From IMG/VR virus record IMGVR_UViG_3300013121_000043: a stretch of 60,303 nt of DNA. One strand, written 5' to 3'. The stretch comes from an uncultured virus (IMG/VR IMGVR_UViG_3300013121_000043). Lineage: Duplodnaviria > Heunggongvirae > Uroviricota > Caudoviricetes. Below the pieces are notes generated by a model. That model was not told where the DNA came from, searched no databases, and saw nothing but the letters and a program-made list of their open reading frames with translations. Both the position numbers and the translations under genes were made by a program. Below, in pieces: positions 45,929-55,273 of this stretch. Within the stretch, counting starts at the first letter, position 1; each line of letters begins with the position of its first letter.

Positions 45929-47973
45929 GCGATTTCCTCGGACCACTAACCGACAGTTACTTCATCAGCTTCGACAGCGACAGCAACAAGTTCGTGCTGT
46001 CCGCTGTCGATCTGTCTGCTTATGCCTCCACGGAGGCTGCCAACACCTTTACCGTGGGTCCACAGACGTTCACTGTGGCCAGTGCTGCGGATAAAGTGAT
46101 GATTCTGCGCGGCGCTGCCGGACAGTCGGGGAATTTCCTGGAGTGTCAAGACAGTAGCGACAACGTCATCGCCAGCATCTCCTCGTCCGGAGTCTTTACT
46201 GGCAGCGCTGCGGGTTTAACAGGTCTGCCGGCCCCAGGCGGCAGCGACGGACAGCTTCAATATAACAGTAGCGGTAGCTTTGCCGGGGCAACAGCCGTTA
46301 CCTACGCAGGGAGTGGCACCCATCTCACGGTTACAAGTCAAACGGCGACCAATATTTCACTGGTGGTCAAGGCAGCCGCCGCCCAGACAGCCAACTTGCA
46401 GGATAGTACAGGCACAGTAGGGGCTAAAGTTGATGCAAGTCAAAATTTTAGTCGTGCAAATGGTTCTAATTCAGAGCAGTACGGTCGTAGCAGCTCAGCT
46501 AGTGGCACAGATTGTGTTACTATTGGTAACACAGTCATAGGAACTGGTACAAGGTTTGTTGGGTTAGGAAGAAACATTAATTTAGGTCAGAACTATCAAT
46601 ACGACAGTATAGGTATCGGGGTAAACGTTGATTTGAGTGCTGGCAGTTTGCGTTCTATAATCATAGGTAACAGTAACACTTGTACGGGCCTTACCGACAG
46701 CATTGTAATTGGTCATTCTAATGTTTGGAGTTACCCTGGGGCACGGTACTCGTCTATAGCCATAGGCTACGCAGCCTTACTAGGTAACTCCAAGTGTATT
46801 ACAATAGGCAACAGCGCTAGAGTTTCTGTATATGGCACTGGCAATTGTATTTCAATAGGTGACAGTGCTGTTAGTGGTAATGGTAATGGTGGAAATAATT
46901 GTATAGCTATCGGGGTTAGCTCGCGTGCAGGTAATTCAGATAGTATACATAGAGCCATTGCGTTTGGTCATACGGCAACGTGTAACCATTTGGATTCTAT
47001 TGCTATAGGTTACGGGGCGACCACAACATCTGCGTCTCAATTAGTCATTGGCAATGATGCCTCTGTAATAACAACAACCTATCTCGGCAAAGGTGTTACT
47101 AGCGCCACCCCTTCCACTCTTTTGCTCACCACCACAGGTGGTTCAGGTACAGACATTGCCGGTGGTACGCTCTACCTGGCTGGTGGCAAAGGCACGGGCG
47201 CGGGTGTCGGTGGTAAAACAATCATTCAGGTAGCCTCCGCCAGTACGACAGGGTCTTCCCTGAACAGTCTTGTAGATGTACTGACGGTTGATTCTGCCAC
47301 CCAGAATGTTCTAATCCAGACAAGCGCAGCCGCCATAAAGGGTTTGGTTGTCAAAGGGGCTTCTGCTCAAACAGCCAACTTGCAGGAGTGGCAAAACTCT
47401 TCTGGCACTGTCAAAACCTACGTCAACGCTGCTGGCGCGCTACACACATCGGATGGCACCGCTAATAACTATATCGAGCTGGATGCGTCTACGGCCCACC
47501 TTGCCTACATCAAAATGAAAACCACCTCGGGTGGTCAAACAACTATTTACTCGGATAACTCCAGCAACATTGGTTTCCTGTACGGCAACTCCAAAGCCTA
47601 CATGAACGGCGCTTCCAACCCAGTTCAGTTCTGGATTGGCAACTCAGCAAGCTCCTGGGATACGATTTTTGGTAGTCTTACCGGCACTCTGACCATACGC
47701 GCTCTGGCCACCAAAACCATCATCCTTAGAGGCAGTACTGGACAGACAGAAAATATCACGGAGTGGCGAGACCCCACGGCAACCACCGTATATAACACCG
47801 TCTCCGAAAACGGTTATTTTACCACCCGCAAGACCACGGCACCCGACGACGCCGAGCTATCCGCAGGCGAGGTGTCTTTCTGGTTCGATTCTACCGACGG
47901 GGCTGCCAAGCTTAAAATCAAGGGTAAGTCCGCCGATGGCACCGTCGTGCAGGGCGAGGTAGCCCTGACGTAA
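45886..47973 (+). CDS. Tail fibre / adhesin with YadA-head-like repeats
   Basis: PGGSDGQLQYN motif; about 14-aa S/C-I-x-I-G repeats in a low-GC core; four G...Q..N..EW-type modules. Confidence 0.75.
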   Translation: MPGAVTVVRRLRDLSDFLGPLTDSYFISFDSDSNKFVLSAVDLSAYASTEAANTFTVGPQTFTVASAADKVMILRGAAGQSGNFLECQDSSDNVIASISSSGVFTGSAAGLTGLPAPGGSDGQLQYNSSGSFAGATAVTYAGSGTHLTVTSQTATNISLVVKAAAAQTANLQDSTGTVGAKVDASQNFSRANGSNSEQYGRSSSASGTDCVTIGNTVIGTGTRFVGLGRNINLGQNYQYDSIGIGVNVDLSAGSLRSIIIGNSNTCTGLTDSIVIGHSNVWSYPGARYSSIAIGYAALLGNSKCITIGNSARVSVYGTGNCISIGDSAVSGNGNGGNNCIAIGVSSRAGNSDSIHRAIAFGHTATCNHLDSIAIGYGATTTSASQLVIGNDASVITTTYLGKGVTSATPSTLLLTTTGGSGTDIAGGTLYLAGGKGTGAGVGGKTIIQVASASTTGSSLNSLVDVLTVDSATQNVLIQTSAAAIKGLVVKGASAQTANLQEWQNSSGTVKTYVNAAGALHTSDGTANNYIELDASTAHLAYIKMKTTSGGQTTIYSDNSSNIGFLYGNSKAYMNGASNPVQFWIGNSASSWDTIFGSLTGTLTIRALATKTIILRGSTGQTENITEWRDPTATTVYNTVSENGYFTTRKTTAPDDAELSAGEVSFWFDSTDGAAKLKIKGKSADGTVVQGEVALT

Positions 47974-47995
47974 TCTCTGTTCTGGAGCTTCTCTC

Positions 47996-48352
47996 ATGGC
48001 CAAGGCAATGCACTACATCGACGCGTCCGGTAACGAGGTGGCCACCTCCTACTGGCGCATCGTCCAGATCAACCTGGGGATCGCCGACCGCTCCGGTCGC
48101 GTGGTCTTCTATGGCTACAAGGACCAGGCCGCCCGGCTCTCCGGCAAGCAGCCCCTCCCCGGTGCCGTCAAGGAGTACAGCGTCTCCGGCGATACCTTTG
48201 ACGCCATGATGGCCGCCTACCTGGCGGGACAATCAGGAAACCTGATGCAGGCCTGCTACAAGCTGGCCATGGATACCAAGGACGTCGTCGTGGACCCCGA
48301 GGATCCCGAAAAGAACACCTCCTTCTTTGAGGGAGCCGAGGATCTCCTGTAA
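47996..48352 (+). CDS. Fibre-associated (chaperone-like) protein
   Basis: 118 aa directly after the fibre gene; SYWRI...Y....AR..GK.P...Y.....F.GA.D. Confidence 0.6.
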   Translation: MAKAMHYIDASGNEVATSYWRIVQINLGIADRSGRVVFYGYKDQAARLSGKQPLPGAVKEYSVSGDTFDAMMAAYLAGQSGNLMQACYKLAMDTKDVVVDPEDPEKNTSFFEGAEDLL

Positions 48353-48957
48353 TGGCCAACGAAATCCGCGCCAAGTATGACACGGGGAAGACCCTGTATG
48401 CCATCCTGATTCGCGGTAGCGACGGGCTAGTCTGGAACGGAGCTGCGTTTGAGTCGCTCAACGCAGCCAACTGGGCCAACTACGTCCTCACCATGACCGA
48501 GCAGTCCACCACCGGAATCTACTACGGCAGCATGCCTGCCGTGAACAACGGACTGTATGACGTCTGGATCTACTACCGGGAGGGAGGCTCACCCGTCCCG
48601 GCCGACCCCCTGTCCGGCCAGGCGTCCCTGGACTGGAACGGCTCCTCCGATGTCGGTCTGTCCACCATCAACATCGGCGACGGCTCCATCCAGGTGGATC
48701 ATAACTACGGCGGTACGGACACCCTGACCTACAGGACCTCGGGTGGTGCCGGCATCGACAACGCTACAGTACGCTGCTACCTGACCAGCGATTACAATAA
48801 CGGTAACACCGGTCGAAGCTATCTCCAGGGAGAGACCATGACCGATGTCAACGGTCGCTGGCAGTCTGCCTTCTTCCTGGATCCCGCCGACTACACTCTC
48901 ATCTTCTTCCGTCAGTACCAGTTCGGACCCGACCGCGTCGATATCACCGTTAGTTAG
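48352..48957 (+). CDS. Virion structural protein (Ig-like)
   Basis: 201 aa, beta-rich; TDVNGRW motif. Confidence 0.65.
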   Translation: MANEIRAKYDTGKTLYAILIRGSDGLVWNGAAFESLNAANWANYVLTMTEQSTTGIYYGSMPAVNNGLYDVWIYYREGGSPVPADPLSGQASLDWNGSSDVGLSTINIGDGSIQVDHNYGGTDTLTYRTSGGAGIDNATVRCYLTSDYNNGNTGRSYLQGETMTDVNGRWQSAFFLDPADYTLIFFRQYQFGPDRVDITVS

Positions 48958-48986
48958 CTTCTCCAACCACTTTACGGAAAATAAGT

Positions 48987-49313
48987 ATGCGTGGATACCA
49001 AGTTAACTGGGAGCTATTGCGCCAACTGGTCGCGACCAAGGCCGCGCAGATGACACCCAAGGAACAGGCAGACTACGACCTCAAAACATTTGAACAGAAT
49101 AGTCGTGAAGAACACGGCATGATCCAGGATCTCAAACGCCAGCGCGAGCAGCTGGACACCCAACAGGCCATCGACGCCCGTATCCAGCAAGAAAACGCAA
49201 TTAACTACCACCGTCTGTTTGGTGGACTTGGTCTCGCCGGTCTCGGCCTGGGCGGTGGCTATCTCCTGTACAACCACTACCGGAACAAAGACAAAAAACA
49301 AAAACGAAGGTAA
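48987..49313 (+). CDS. Small protein with C-terminal Gly-rich TM and basic tail
   Basis: TKAA leader; GLGLAGLGLGGGYLLY tail shared with 11450..12073. Confidence 0.7.
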   Translation: MRGYQVNWELLRQLVATKAAQMTPKEQADYDLKTFEQNSREEHGMIQDLKRQREQLDTQQAIDARIQQENAINYHRLFGGLGLAGLGLGGGYLLYNHYRNKDKKQKRR

Positions 49314-49316
49314 CCC

Positions 49317-50402
49317 ATGCCCGTCATCGGCACACCTGTGGTTCTGCCTGCGCCCGCGCCCCTGGAAGGAGGCGTGGTCCAGACACCGGTAACGACCCGT
49401 CTCTTCGAGGTGGCACAGCCTGCCAAGAGACGTAGCGTTACGGTGCCTCAGGGAATGTGTAGCCAGGTGCGCGTCCAGCTCCTGGATGCCCAGGGTGATC
49501 CGGTGGATCTGACGGCCTACGCCGCGGGCCCGTTTACGGTGGCCGGGGCCGTGCGTGAGACTGCCCAGTGTGAATACGACGCCCTGTACAGTGTGGGTGA
49601 GTTTGACGACGACATGACATCAGGCTGGGTGAGCATCCCCCTGCCCACCAGCACGGTGAACGCTCCGGGTATCTATCTCCTTGAGGTGGTGATTACCGAC
49701 GATACGGAATACCCCAGGGCCCTGACCGCCGGGGAGGTGGTGATCGCCAGCGCCAAACTCGACGAGCTGACCTACCGGATCAGCACCGAGGGTCCGGGTG
49801 TGGATGTCTTTCACCAGTACGACTTCGCCCTGGGGGTTCTGCCCGTCGTCGGGATCAACCAGACCCTGGTGGCGCGTCAGCAGCTGGTCAAGAACGTCTG
49901 CGTGGTCCTGCACAACCAGCTGTATCTCCTGGTCGAGCGCGGTATCCATGGACTAACCGACAATCCTCGGCTGGGCCCACCCAGCCTGGCCGAGGTGCGT
50001 CTCCATCTGCGCGACTTCCCCGAGGGCAATCTCCTGCTGGACGAGTACGAGTTCGACGCCGCCGAGATCGCCCTGTGCGCCGAGCGTGTGGTCCTTTACT
50101 TCAACGAGCTGGCTCCCGTTATTACCCAGCAGTACGACACGCGCACCTTTCCGTTCCGCTATCACTGGCTGGAGGGCATCACCTATCACCTCTACCTGAT
50201 CGCCGCTGCCTGGCACCGCCGTAACCGTCTTCCCTATAGCGCCGGTGGTCTCACCGTGGATGACACGGGCAAGGAGAAGGAGTATCTCCAGGCGGCCATG
50301 CTCCACGAGCGCAACTTCAAGGACTGGGCCCAGAAGCAAAAAGTGCGACTCAACATGGAAGATGGCTTCGGCATCTTTGGCTCGGATTACATCTATCGAT
50401 GA
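49317..50402 (+). CDS. Putative neck / head-tail adaptor
   Basis: C-terminal EVR.HLRD.P..N.LLD..EF...RN.L.YSAGG..VDD..K helical domain; position between head and tail genes. Confidence 0.6.
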   Translation: MPVIGTPVVLPAPAPLEGGVVQTPVTTRLFEVAQPAKRRSVTVPQGMCSQVRVQLLDAQGDPVDLTAYAAGPFTVAGAVRETAQCEYDALYSVGEFDDDMTSGWVSIPLPTSTVNAPGIYLLEVVITDDTEYPRALTAGEVVIASAKLDELTYRISTEGPGVDVFHQYDFALGVLPVVGINQTLVARQQLVKNVCVVLHNQLYLLVERGIHGLTDNPRLGPPSLAEVRLHLRDFPEGNLLLDEYEFDAAEIALCAERVVLYFNELAPVITQQYDTRTFPFRYHWLEGITYHLYLIAAAWHRRNRLPYSAGGLTVDDTGKEKEYLQAAMLHERNFKDWAQKQKVRLNMEDGFGIFGSDYIYR

Positions 50403-51328
50403 GCAACACCTACGACAACACCGGTTATCGTGGCACCCAGGCGTTTCAACGCGTCCTGGTCGATTACCTGTTGCAGGGTGGTGCCCGGATCAGCTGGACG
50501 ATTGCCCGACACTTTCGCGATCCCGATCCGGATACCTGGCGCTACACACTTCAGGTCAGTGAGCATCGTGGGCTGCCCAGTTACGACGCCCAGGACAGTC
50601 TACGCGACGACGACTGGCAGGACGTGGGCAGTACCGAAGTTAATGTCAACCAGCTGCTCGACTCCTCACCGCGTGCCTTTGGCAAGACCCTGCTGGTCAG
50701 CTATCGCGTTCGCCTGGAAACTGACCTGGGGCTGTACTACTCGCCCCCGGCAGTCGCCCTGGGCAAGCTCAACAAGCAGGACTGGTTACGGGCCAGGGAG
50801 ATCATCCGCAAGGAACAACTGCTGCACCGCAAGGGTACCAGCAACGAGGGCTACCTGTTACGACGCAAGCGCACAGGCACGCCCTGTACCAAGTGCCTGG
50901 ACCCGGCCACGGGAGATGTCACCCTGTCGCGCTGTGATCTCTGTCAGGGCACTCGCTACCTGGGCGGTTACTTTGCTCCTGTCAGCGCCACCTTTTGTCG
51001 GATCGAACCCAACAGTACACGAGAACACAGAAAGCCGGACAGTACGGGCACAGAGAAACAGGATGTGACCCAGGGACGTATCGTCGCCGTCCCCGGGCTG
51101 GAATCGATGGATGTCTGGGTGGATGGGGATACAGACCTGCGCTACCACGTCCACGTCGTCGGGATAGTCGCCCAGATACGTAGCGTACCCCTGGTCCTCA
51201 ACGTGGAGCTGCGTCAGGCTCCGTTTGATGACCCTGTCTATCGTATCACTTTACCCACACTCAACACGCCTGGGCTGCGTTTTAATCGTACGGACAGCTC
51301 GCAATATCTACCTCTGGGAGGTATCTGA
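50399..51328 (+). CDS. Putative neck/head-closure protein with Zn finger
   Basis: RKRTGTPCTKC...CDLCQGT.YLGGY. Confidence 0.6.
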   Translation: MSNTYDNTGYRGTQAFQRVLVDYLLQGGARISWTIARHFRDPDPDTWRYTLQVSEHRGLPSYDAQDSLRDDDWQDVGSTEVNVNQLLDSSPRAFGKTLLVSYRVRLETDLGLYYSPPAVALGKLNKQDWLRAREIIRKEQLLHRKGTSNEGYLLRRKRTGTPCTKCLDPATGDVTLSRCDLCQGTRYLGGYFAPVSATFCRIEPNSTREHRKPDSTGTEKQDVTQGRIVAVPGLESMDVWVDGDTDLRYHVHVVGIVAQIRSVPLVLNVELRQAPFDDPVYRITLPTLNTPGLRFNRTDSSQYLPLGGI

Positions 51329-52239
51329 TGCCCACATTGAAAGTGCTGGATGCCGACGGAGTAGCCAGGTACCTCAAAGTCAACGGTTCAGGCACGACGG
51401 GCAGTCCCTACGCCAGCTCCATCGTTGTGGATTCGGTCACTGGCAACATCACGGTGATCGCCAACGATCTGGACATTCGCAACCTCGACTACAGCACGGA
51501 CAATGTCACGGCGGTACAGGGCGGGGCATGGACCGTCGTAGCCAACGCTGGTACCAACCTGAATACCTCGCTTCTGGCTCTGGAGTCAGGTGGTAACCTG
51601 GCCGCCTGCGCCAGCCAACTGGGGAGTATCAGTGGCAATACGGCTACCATCGTTACCTGTATCACCGGTGGTAAGTTCCAGACAGACGTCCTTACTTTAC
51701 CGAATGTCACACTAACTGCGGGTGAACTGCATCTGGGCGCGCTGGGCGGTCACCTCAGCTCCACGGCAGTAGAGTTAACGCGACCGGCAGACACGACAGC
51801 CTACACCGCCGGAGATGTGGTTTCTAATAGTACGGTCAGCACGACACTACTTACCCTGGCCAACGCTGCTAGAGTGAGTGCCGGCTCTGGTTACATAGTT
51901 GGCTGTCGTCTGGTCACCGATAAAAAGTCCATTACACCCAGATTCCGCGTCCATCTCTTTAATGCCAATAACCCCACGGTAGCAGCGGACAATGCGGCCA
52001 TGCGTTCGCACTATACGGACGCCAGCAAGCGACTGGGCTACTTTGACCTGGCTGCCATGACCACGGCGACAGACACCGGCAACAGCGACGAGTCCCGTAC
52101 GCTGGATATGACACTGCGTATTCCGTTTGTCTGCGCCGGCGGGACAACGTCGTTATTTGCTCTGCTGGAAACTCTGGACGCCTTTACACCCAACAGCGGA
52201 CAAAAGTTTACACTGACTCTTGTGCTGGATCAAAACTAA
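51328..52239 (+). CDS. Virion structural protein
   Basis: TRPADTTAYTAGDVV jelly-roll-like C-terminus; N-terminus similar to 41251. Confidence 0.65.
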   Translation: MPTLKVLDADGVARYLKVNGSGTTGSPYASSIVVDSVTGNITVIANDLDIRNLDYSTDNVTAVQGGAWTVVANAGTNLNTSLLALESGGNLAACASQLGSISGNTATIVTCITGGKFQTDVLTLPNVTLTAGELHLGALGGHLSSTAVELTRPADTTAYTAGDVVSNSTVSTTLLTLANAARVSAGSGYIVGCRLVTDKKSITPRFRVHLFNANNPTVAADNAAMRSHYTDASKRLGYFDLAAMTTATDTGNSDESRTLDMTLRIPFVCAGGTTSLFALLETLDAFTPNSGQKFTLTLVLDQN

Positions 52240-53996
52240 TGTTCCGTCGCCGGTTACTGCTGTATCCGCGCCTGGTGACTTCGGCACCCCTCCTCCTCCT
52301 CGACACCTACACGGGAGCAGCGGCGGCGTATTCCCTTCGTAAACTCCGCACCGCCTACACAGGTGCAGCGATCCGTGTGCGTGAGTCGGGAGGGAACACG
52401 GAGCTAGACATCGGCTTCGTGGGACAGGATCTCGACACGGCGGCGTTACTCGCTCACTGCGGTGCGAATAGTGGGTATGTTGTTACCTGGTATGATCAGA
52501 GCGGCAACGCTTACAACGCAACGCAGGCGACGAGTACAGCGCAACCGAGGATCGTGAATGCGGGAAGTCTAGAAACAGAAGATGGGAAACTAACCCTGTC
52601 CTTTGATGGTACAGACGACAAGTTGGTTCCATCTTCCAGTTCTGACATTTTTAGAAACCAACAGTACGGCACCATGTTTGCCGTCTGTCGTGATACGAAC
52701 CACACCAACGGGGTAAATCACTCCGTCTATTACATCAGCACCAGCGCAAGTTCTACCCGCTTTGCTTTGTTTACAAGGGTTAGTAGTTTTGGCTATTTCT
52801 CTGCCGGTGGTCGCCGCTTAGATGGTGATTCGTTTGTGTACAGCGGTATTGCGTCGAGCAATTCCAGAGTTTTGTTGACCGGACTTGCAAAATGGGCAGA
52901 AAACAGTCTGGTTATCAGTGTAAATGGCACAGCCGGGACGCCTATAGCCTATAGCTCGGGCGCTGGTTCGACCAGTAACACGGCAAGTAATGTTGTTGTT
53001 ATTGGTGGCGACAACACTTATGTTTACTACGGGAAAATAAGTGAAATTGCTATTTACCCAATTGACCAGTCTGCTAACAAAGTTGCCATCGAATCCAACA
53101 TCAACTCGTATTGGGAAGTCTACGGTCCCTACGCCAACTCCTGGGATGGTACGCAGACCTCTCTCCTTGACACTTACACAGGTTCGGCAGCAGCGTATTC
53201 TCTACGCGCGCTTAACTCTCAGTACACCGGACCTCTCATCCGTGTAAGACGTAGTAGCGATAACGCGGAAGCGGATGTGTATGCCCTTGCCAACGGAGAT
53301 CTTGATACCACAAGGTTACTTGCTTTTGTGGGAGCGGGAAGTGGGTATGTTGTTACTTGGTACGACCAGTCCGGCAACGCTCGCAATGCTACGCAGGCGA
53401 CGAGTACGGCACAACCGAGGATTGTGAATGCGGGGGTGTTGGAGACGCAGGGCGGGAGGGCTTCTGTTAAGTTCGATGGTACAGACGATTTATTGTCTGG
53501 CAGTTTGGGCATCAATGCCACGACTCCAAATTCGTGGTTTGGGGTGGGGTCCATGTCTTCGGTATCCAACGGAACAAAAGGCATGGGTGGTCTTGGTTTT
53601 AATACATACAACTCGTCTGGCGGGGTCTGTTTTAACTTTGGTCAGATAGCTGGCGGCAATAACACTGTAGGCACTAGTAGTATTCGCAACAATCCTACAG
53701 AAGTATTGGGTTCGGTTTCATCCTCTTTATCCATCAATACGCCTTATCTCTTCGGGTGGTTATTTGAGTCGTCTCAGGTATCAGGATATGTAAACGGTTC
53801 CATAATCGGCTCCGACCCAACTTCGATAAGTTCCATCGCGGACACAAGCGGCGGTAATATTTATCTCGGTCGAGGAAGATACAGCTTCAACAGGTGGCAA
53901 GGTGGGGTAAAAGAACAGATCTTTTTCCTTTCCAACCAATCCGCCAACCGCACCGGCATCGAAGCCAACATCAACGCTTACTGGGGTATCTATTGA
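52239..53996 (+). CDS. Spike/fibre protein with two ConA-like domains
   Basis: Same repeat as 36548 and 39584, twice; N-terminal MFRRRLLL. Confidence 0.8.
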   Translation: MFRRRLLLYPRLVTSAPLLLLDTYTGAAAAYSLRKLRTAYTGAAIRVRESGGNTELDIGFVGQDLDTAALLAHCGANSGYVVTWYDQSGNAYNATQATSTAQPRIVNAGSLETEDGKLTLSFDGTDDKLVPSSSSDIFRNQQYGTMFAVCRDTNHTNGVNHSVYYISTSASSTRFALFTRVSSFGYFSAGGRRLDGDSFVYSGIASSNSRVLLTGLAKWAENSLVISVNGTAGTPIAYSSGAGSTSNTASNVVVIGGDNTYVYYGKISEIAIYPIDQSANKVAIESNINSYWEVYGPYANSWDGTQTSLLDTYTGSAAAYSLRALNSQYTGPLIRVRRSSDNAEADVYALANGDLDTTRLLAFVGAGSGYVVTWYDQSGNARNATQATSTAQPRIVNAGVLETQGGRASVKFDGTDDLLSGSLGINATTPNSWFGVGSMSSVSNGTKGMGGLGFNTYNSSGGVCFNFGQIAGGNNTVGTSSIRNNPTEVLGSVSSSLSINTPYLFGWLFESSQVSGYVNGSIIGSDPTSISSIADTSGGNIYLGRGRYSFNRWQGGVKEQIFFLSNQSANRTGIEANINAYWGIY

Positions 53997-54409
53997 TGCT
54001 CTACCTCGCACTACCCACAGCACAAGCCCATCAACTCACCGAGGCTCTGTGGCTCCTGACACGACCCGCACACGTCCGCAGTGACAGCGACGTGACACGC
54101 TCCTATTGCGGCGTCCTCGATCACCCCACGAACGGTACATCCTGCCTCGTTCTTCCCGAGCAAGACGATGTGCCGATTCACCTGGAAGTGGCTCCACAGC
54201 GAATTGGCGAGGTGCTTGGTCCGTTCGTGCAGAGTGGTAATCTCACCGTGGACCAACTCAACGAGATTGGGGCTAAGGTGATGGCGAAGGTGGGGCAGAG
54301 GGCCAACCTGTTCGAGTTTATGCCTGCGGCGTGGCAAGGACAGGTCATGACGGAAGCGCAGGCGAGAGCGGCGGGGTATCTACCACCTATCGAGGAGCTG
54401 TTACCGTAA
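53996..54409 (+). CDS. Spike/fibre-associated small protein (copy 2)
   Basis: TGATG coupling to the upstream gene; near-identical to 39157..39567. Confidence 0.8.
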   Translation: MLYLALPTAQAHQLTEALWLLTRPAHVRSDSDVTRSYCGVLDHPTNGTSCLVLPEQDDVPIHLEVAPQRIGEVLGPFVQSGNLTVDQLNEIGAKVMAKVGQRANLFEFMPAAWQGQVMTEAQARAAGYLPPIEELLP

Positions 54410-54433
54410 AACAGCGCCGGTTTTTCTCGCCAT

Positions 54434-54447
54434 GTTACACTACAGAT
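54434..54447 (+). promoter_or_regulatory. Putative late-type promoter
   Basis: GTTACACTACAGAT. Confidence 0.55.
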
Positions 54448-54464
54448 ACGCGTGAGGAGTCGCC

Positions 54465-54656
54465 ATGTCTCCGACCAGCAAAGCGAAACCACCCCGGTTT
54501 CTCTTTCCCCGTCTCAGTTTGCATAAGTACCAACCTAACCTGCCAGGCTGGTTCCGTAACAGCTCAAAATCCACGGACTTATCCCAACCCGACGACACAC
54601 CTTTCCTGGATTTTAAGTCTCCCCACCATGAGCAACTTCGCCGGTCCCAGCGTTGA
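54465..54656 (+). CDS. Small hypothetical protein
   Basis: 63 aa with GAGGAG RBS, just after the promoter motif. Confidence 0.5.
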   Translation: MSPTSKAKPPRFLFPRLSLHKYQPNLPGWFRNSSKSTDLSQPDDTPFLDFKSPHHEQLRRSQR

Positions 54657-55257
54657 TAGTCTCTGTTCCCTGGGAATGCGCCCGCTTCTGATGACGGGAG
54701 CCCTGGTGCAGTGGCTGCGTCAACACTTCAGCGCCGGCACCAACCTGGAAGATCCCGATCTCAACCAGACCGGTACCGAGTTTGTCTGGCGCTCCGATCG
54801 CCAGACCCGACAGCTCACCATTGAGAGCTACACACGCTGGGACGCTGACCTGGTAGAAAACCGCCCGGCCCTGATCGTCAAGCGTAACGCCTGGCGACAC
54901 CAGCGTACTGGTATCGAAAACCGACTGCTCGGCACCCGTCCTGATGCGCCGATGGAGTTTACCAATCTGTGGTTGGGCAGCCACACGGTCTTCGTCATTA
55001 CCGGCGAGGGAGCCGAGTGTGAAAAGCTGGCTACCGAGGTCTATCGTGAGCTCAACCAGTTTGGGCCGGTGGTGCTACGGGCCCTGGCCCTGGCCCGATT
55101 TGAAGTCAGCGAGATTGGTGCGCTGAGTCTGTTGGAAGAAGCCAGCGAAAACTTCGTCGTCCCCATCACCGTCACCTACGCCTGTTTCGAGAACTGGCAG
55201 TTGCAATCGTCCGCCGCTCCCCTGCGCGGTGTACAGGTCCAGTGGAACCTTAGTTAA
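54628..55257 (+). CDS. Putative tail terminator/completion protein
   Basis: Directly upstream of the sheath gene; RPALIVKR...E.LA.EV...F.VP.TV.Y..E.W pattern. Start uncertain. Confidence 0.55.
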   Translation: MSNFAGPSVDSLCSLGMRPLLMTGALVQWLRQHFSAGTNLEDPDLNQTGTEFVWRSDRQTRQLTIESYTRWDADLVENRPALIVKRNAWRHQRTGIENRLLGTRPDAPMEFTNLWLGSHTVFVITGEGAECEKLATEVYRELNQFGPVVLRALALARFEVSEIGALSLLEEASENFVVPITVTYACFENWQLQSSAAPLRGVQVQWNLS

Positions 55258-55273
55258 GCCGGAGACCACGCTG

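Noticed and set aside
38284..53661. Other GGCAATA/TATTGCC occurrences (about 38284, 43933, 51634, 53655)
   Set aside because: They lack TAAA at the 16-nt spacing and lie inside genes.
39157..54409. Diversity-generating retroelement TR/VR pair among the duplicated genes
   Set aside because: Differences between copies are mostly synonymous and not confined to adenines; both copies are intact ORFs; no reverse transcriptase in the window.
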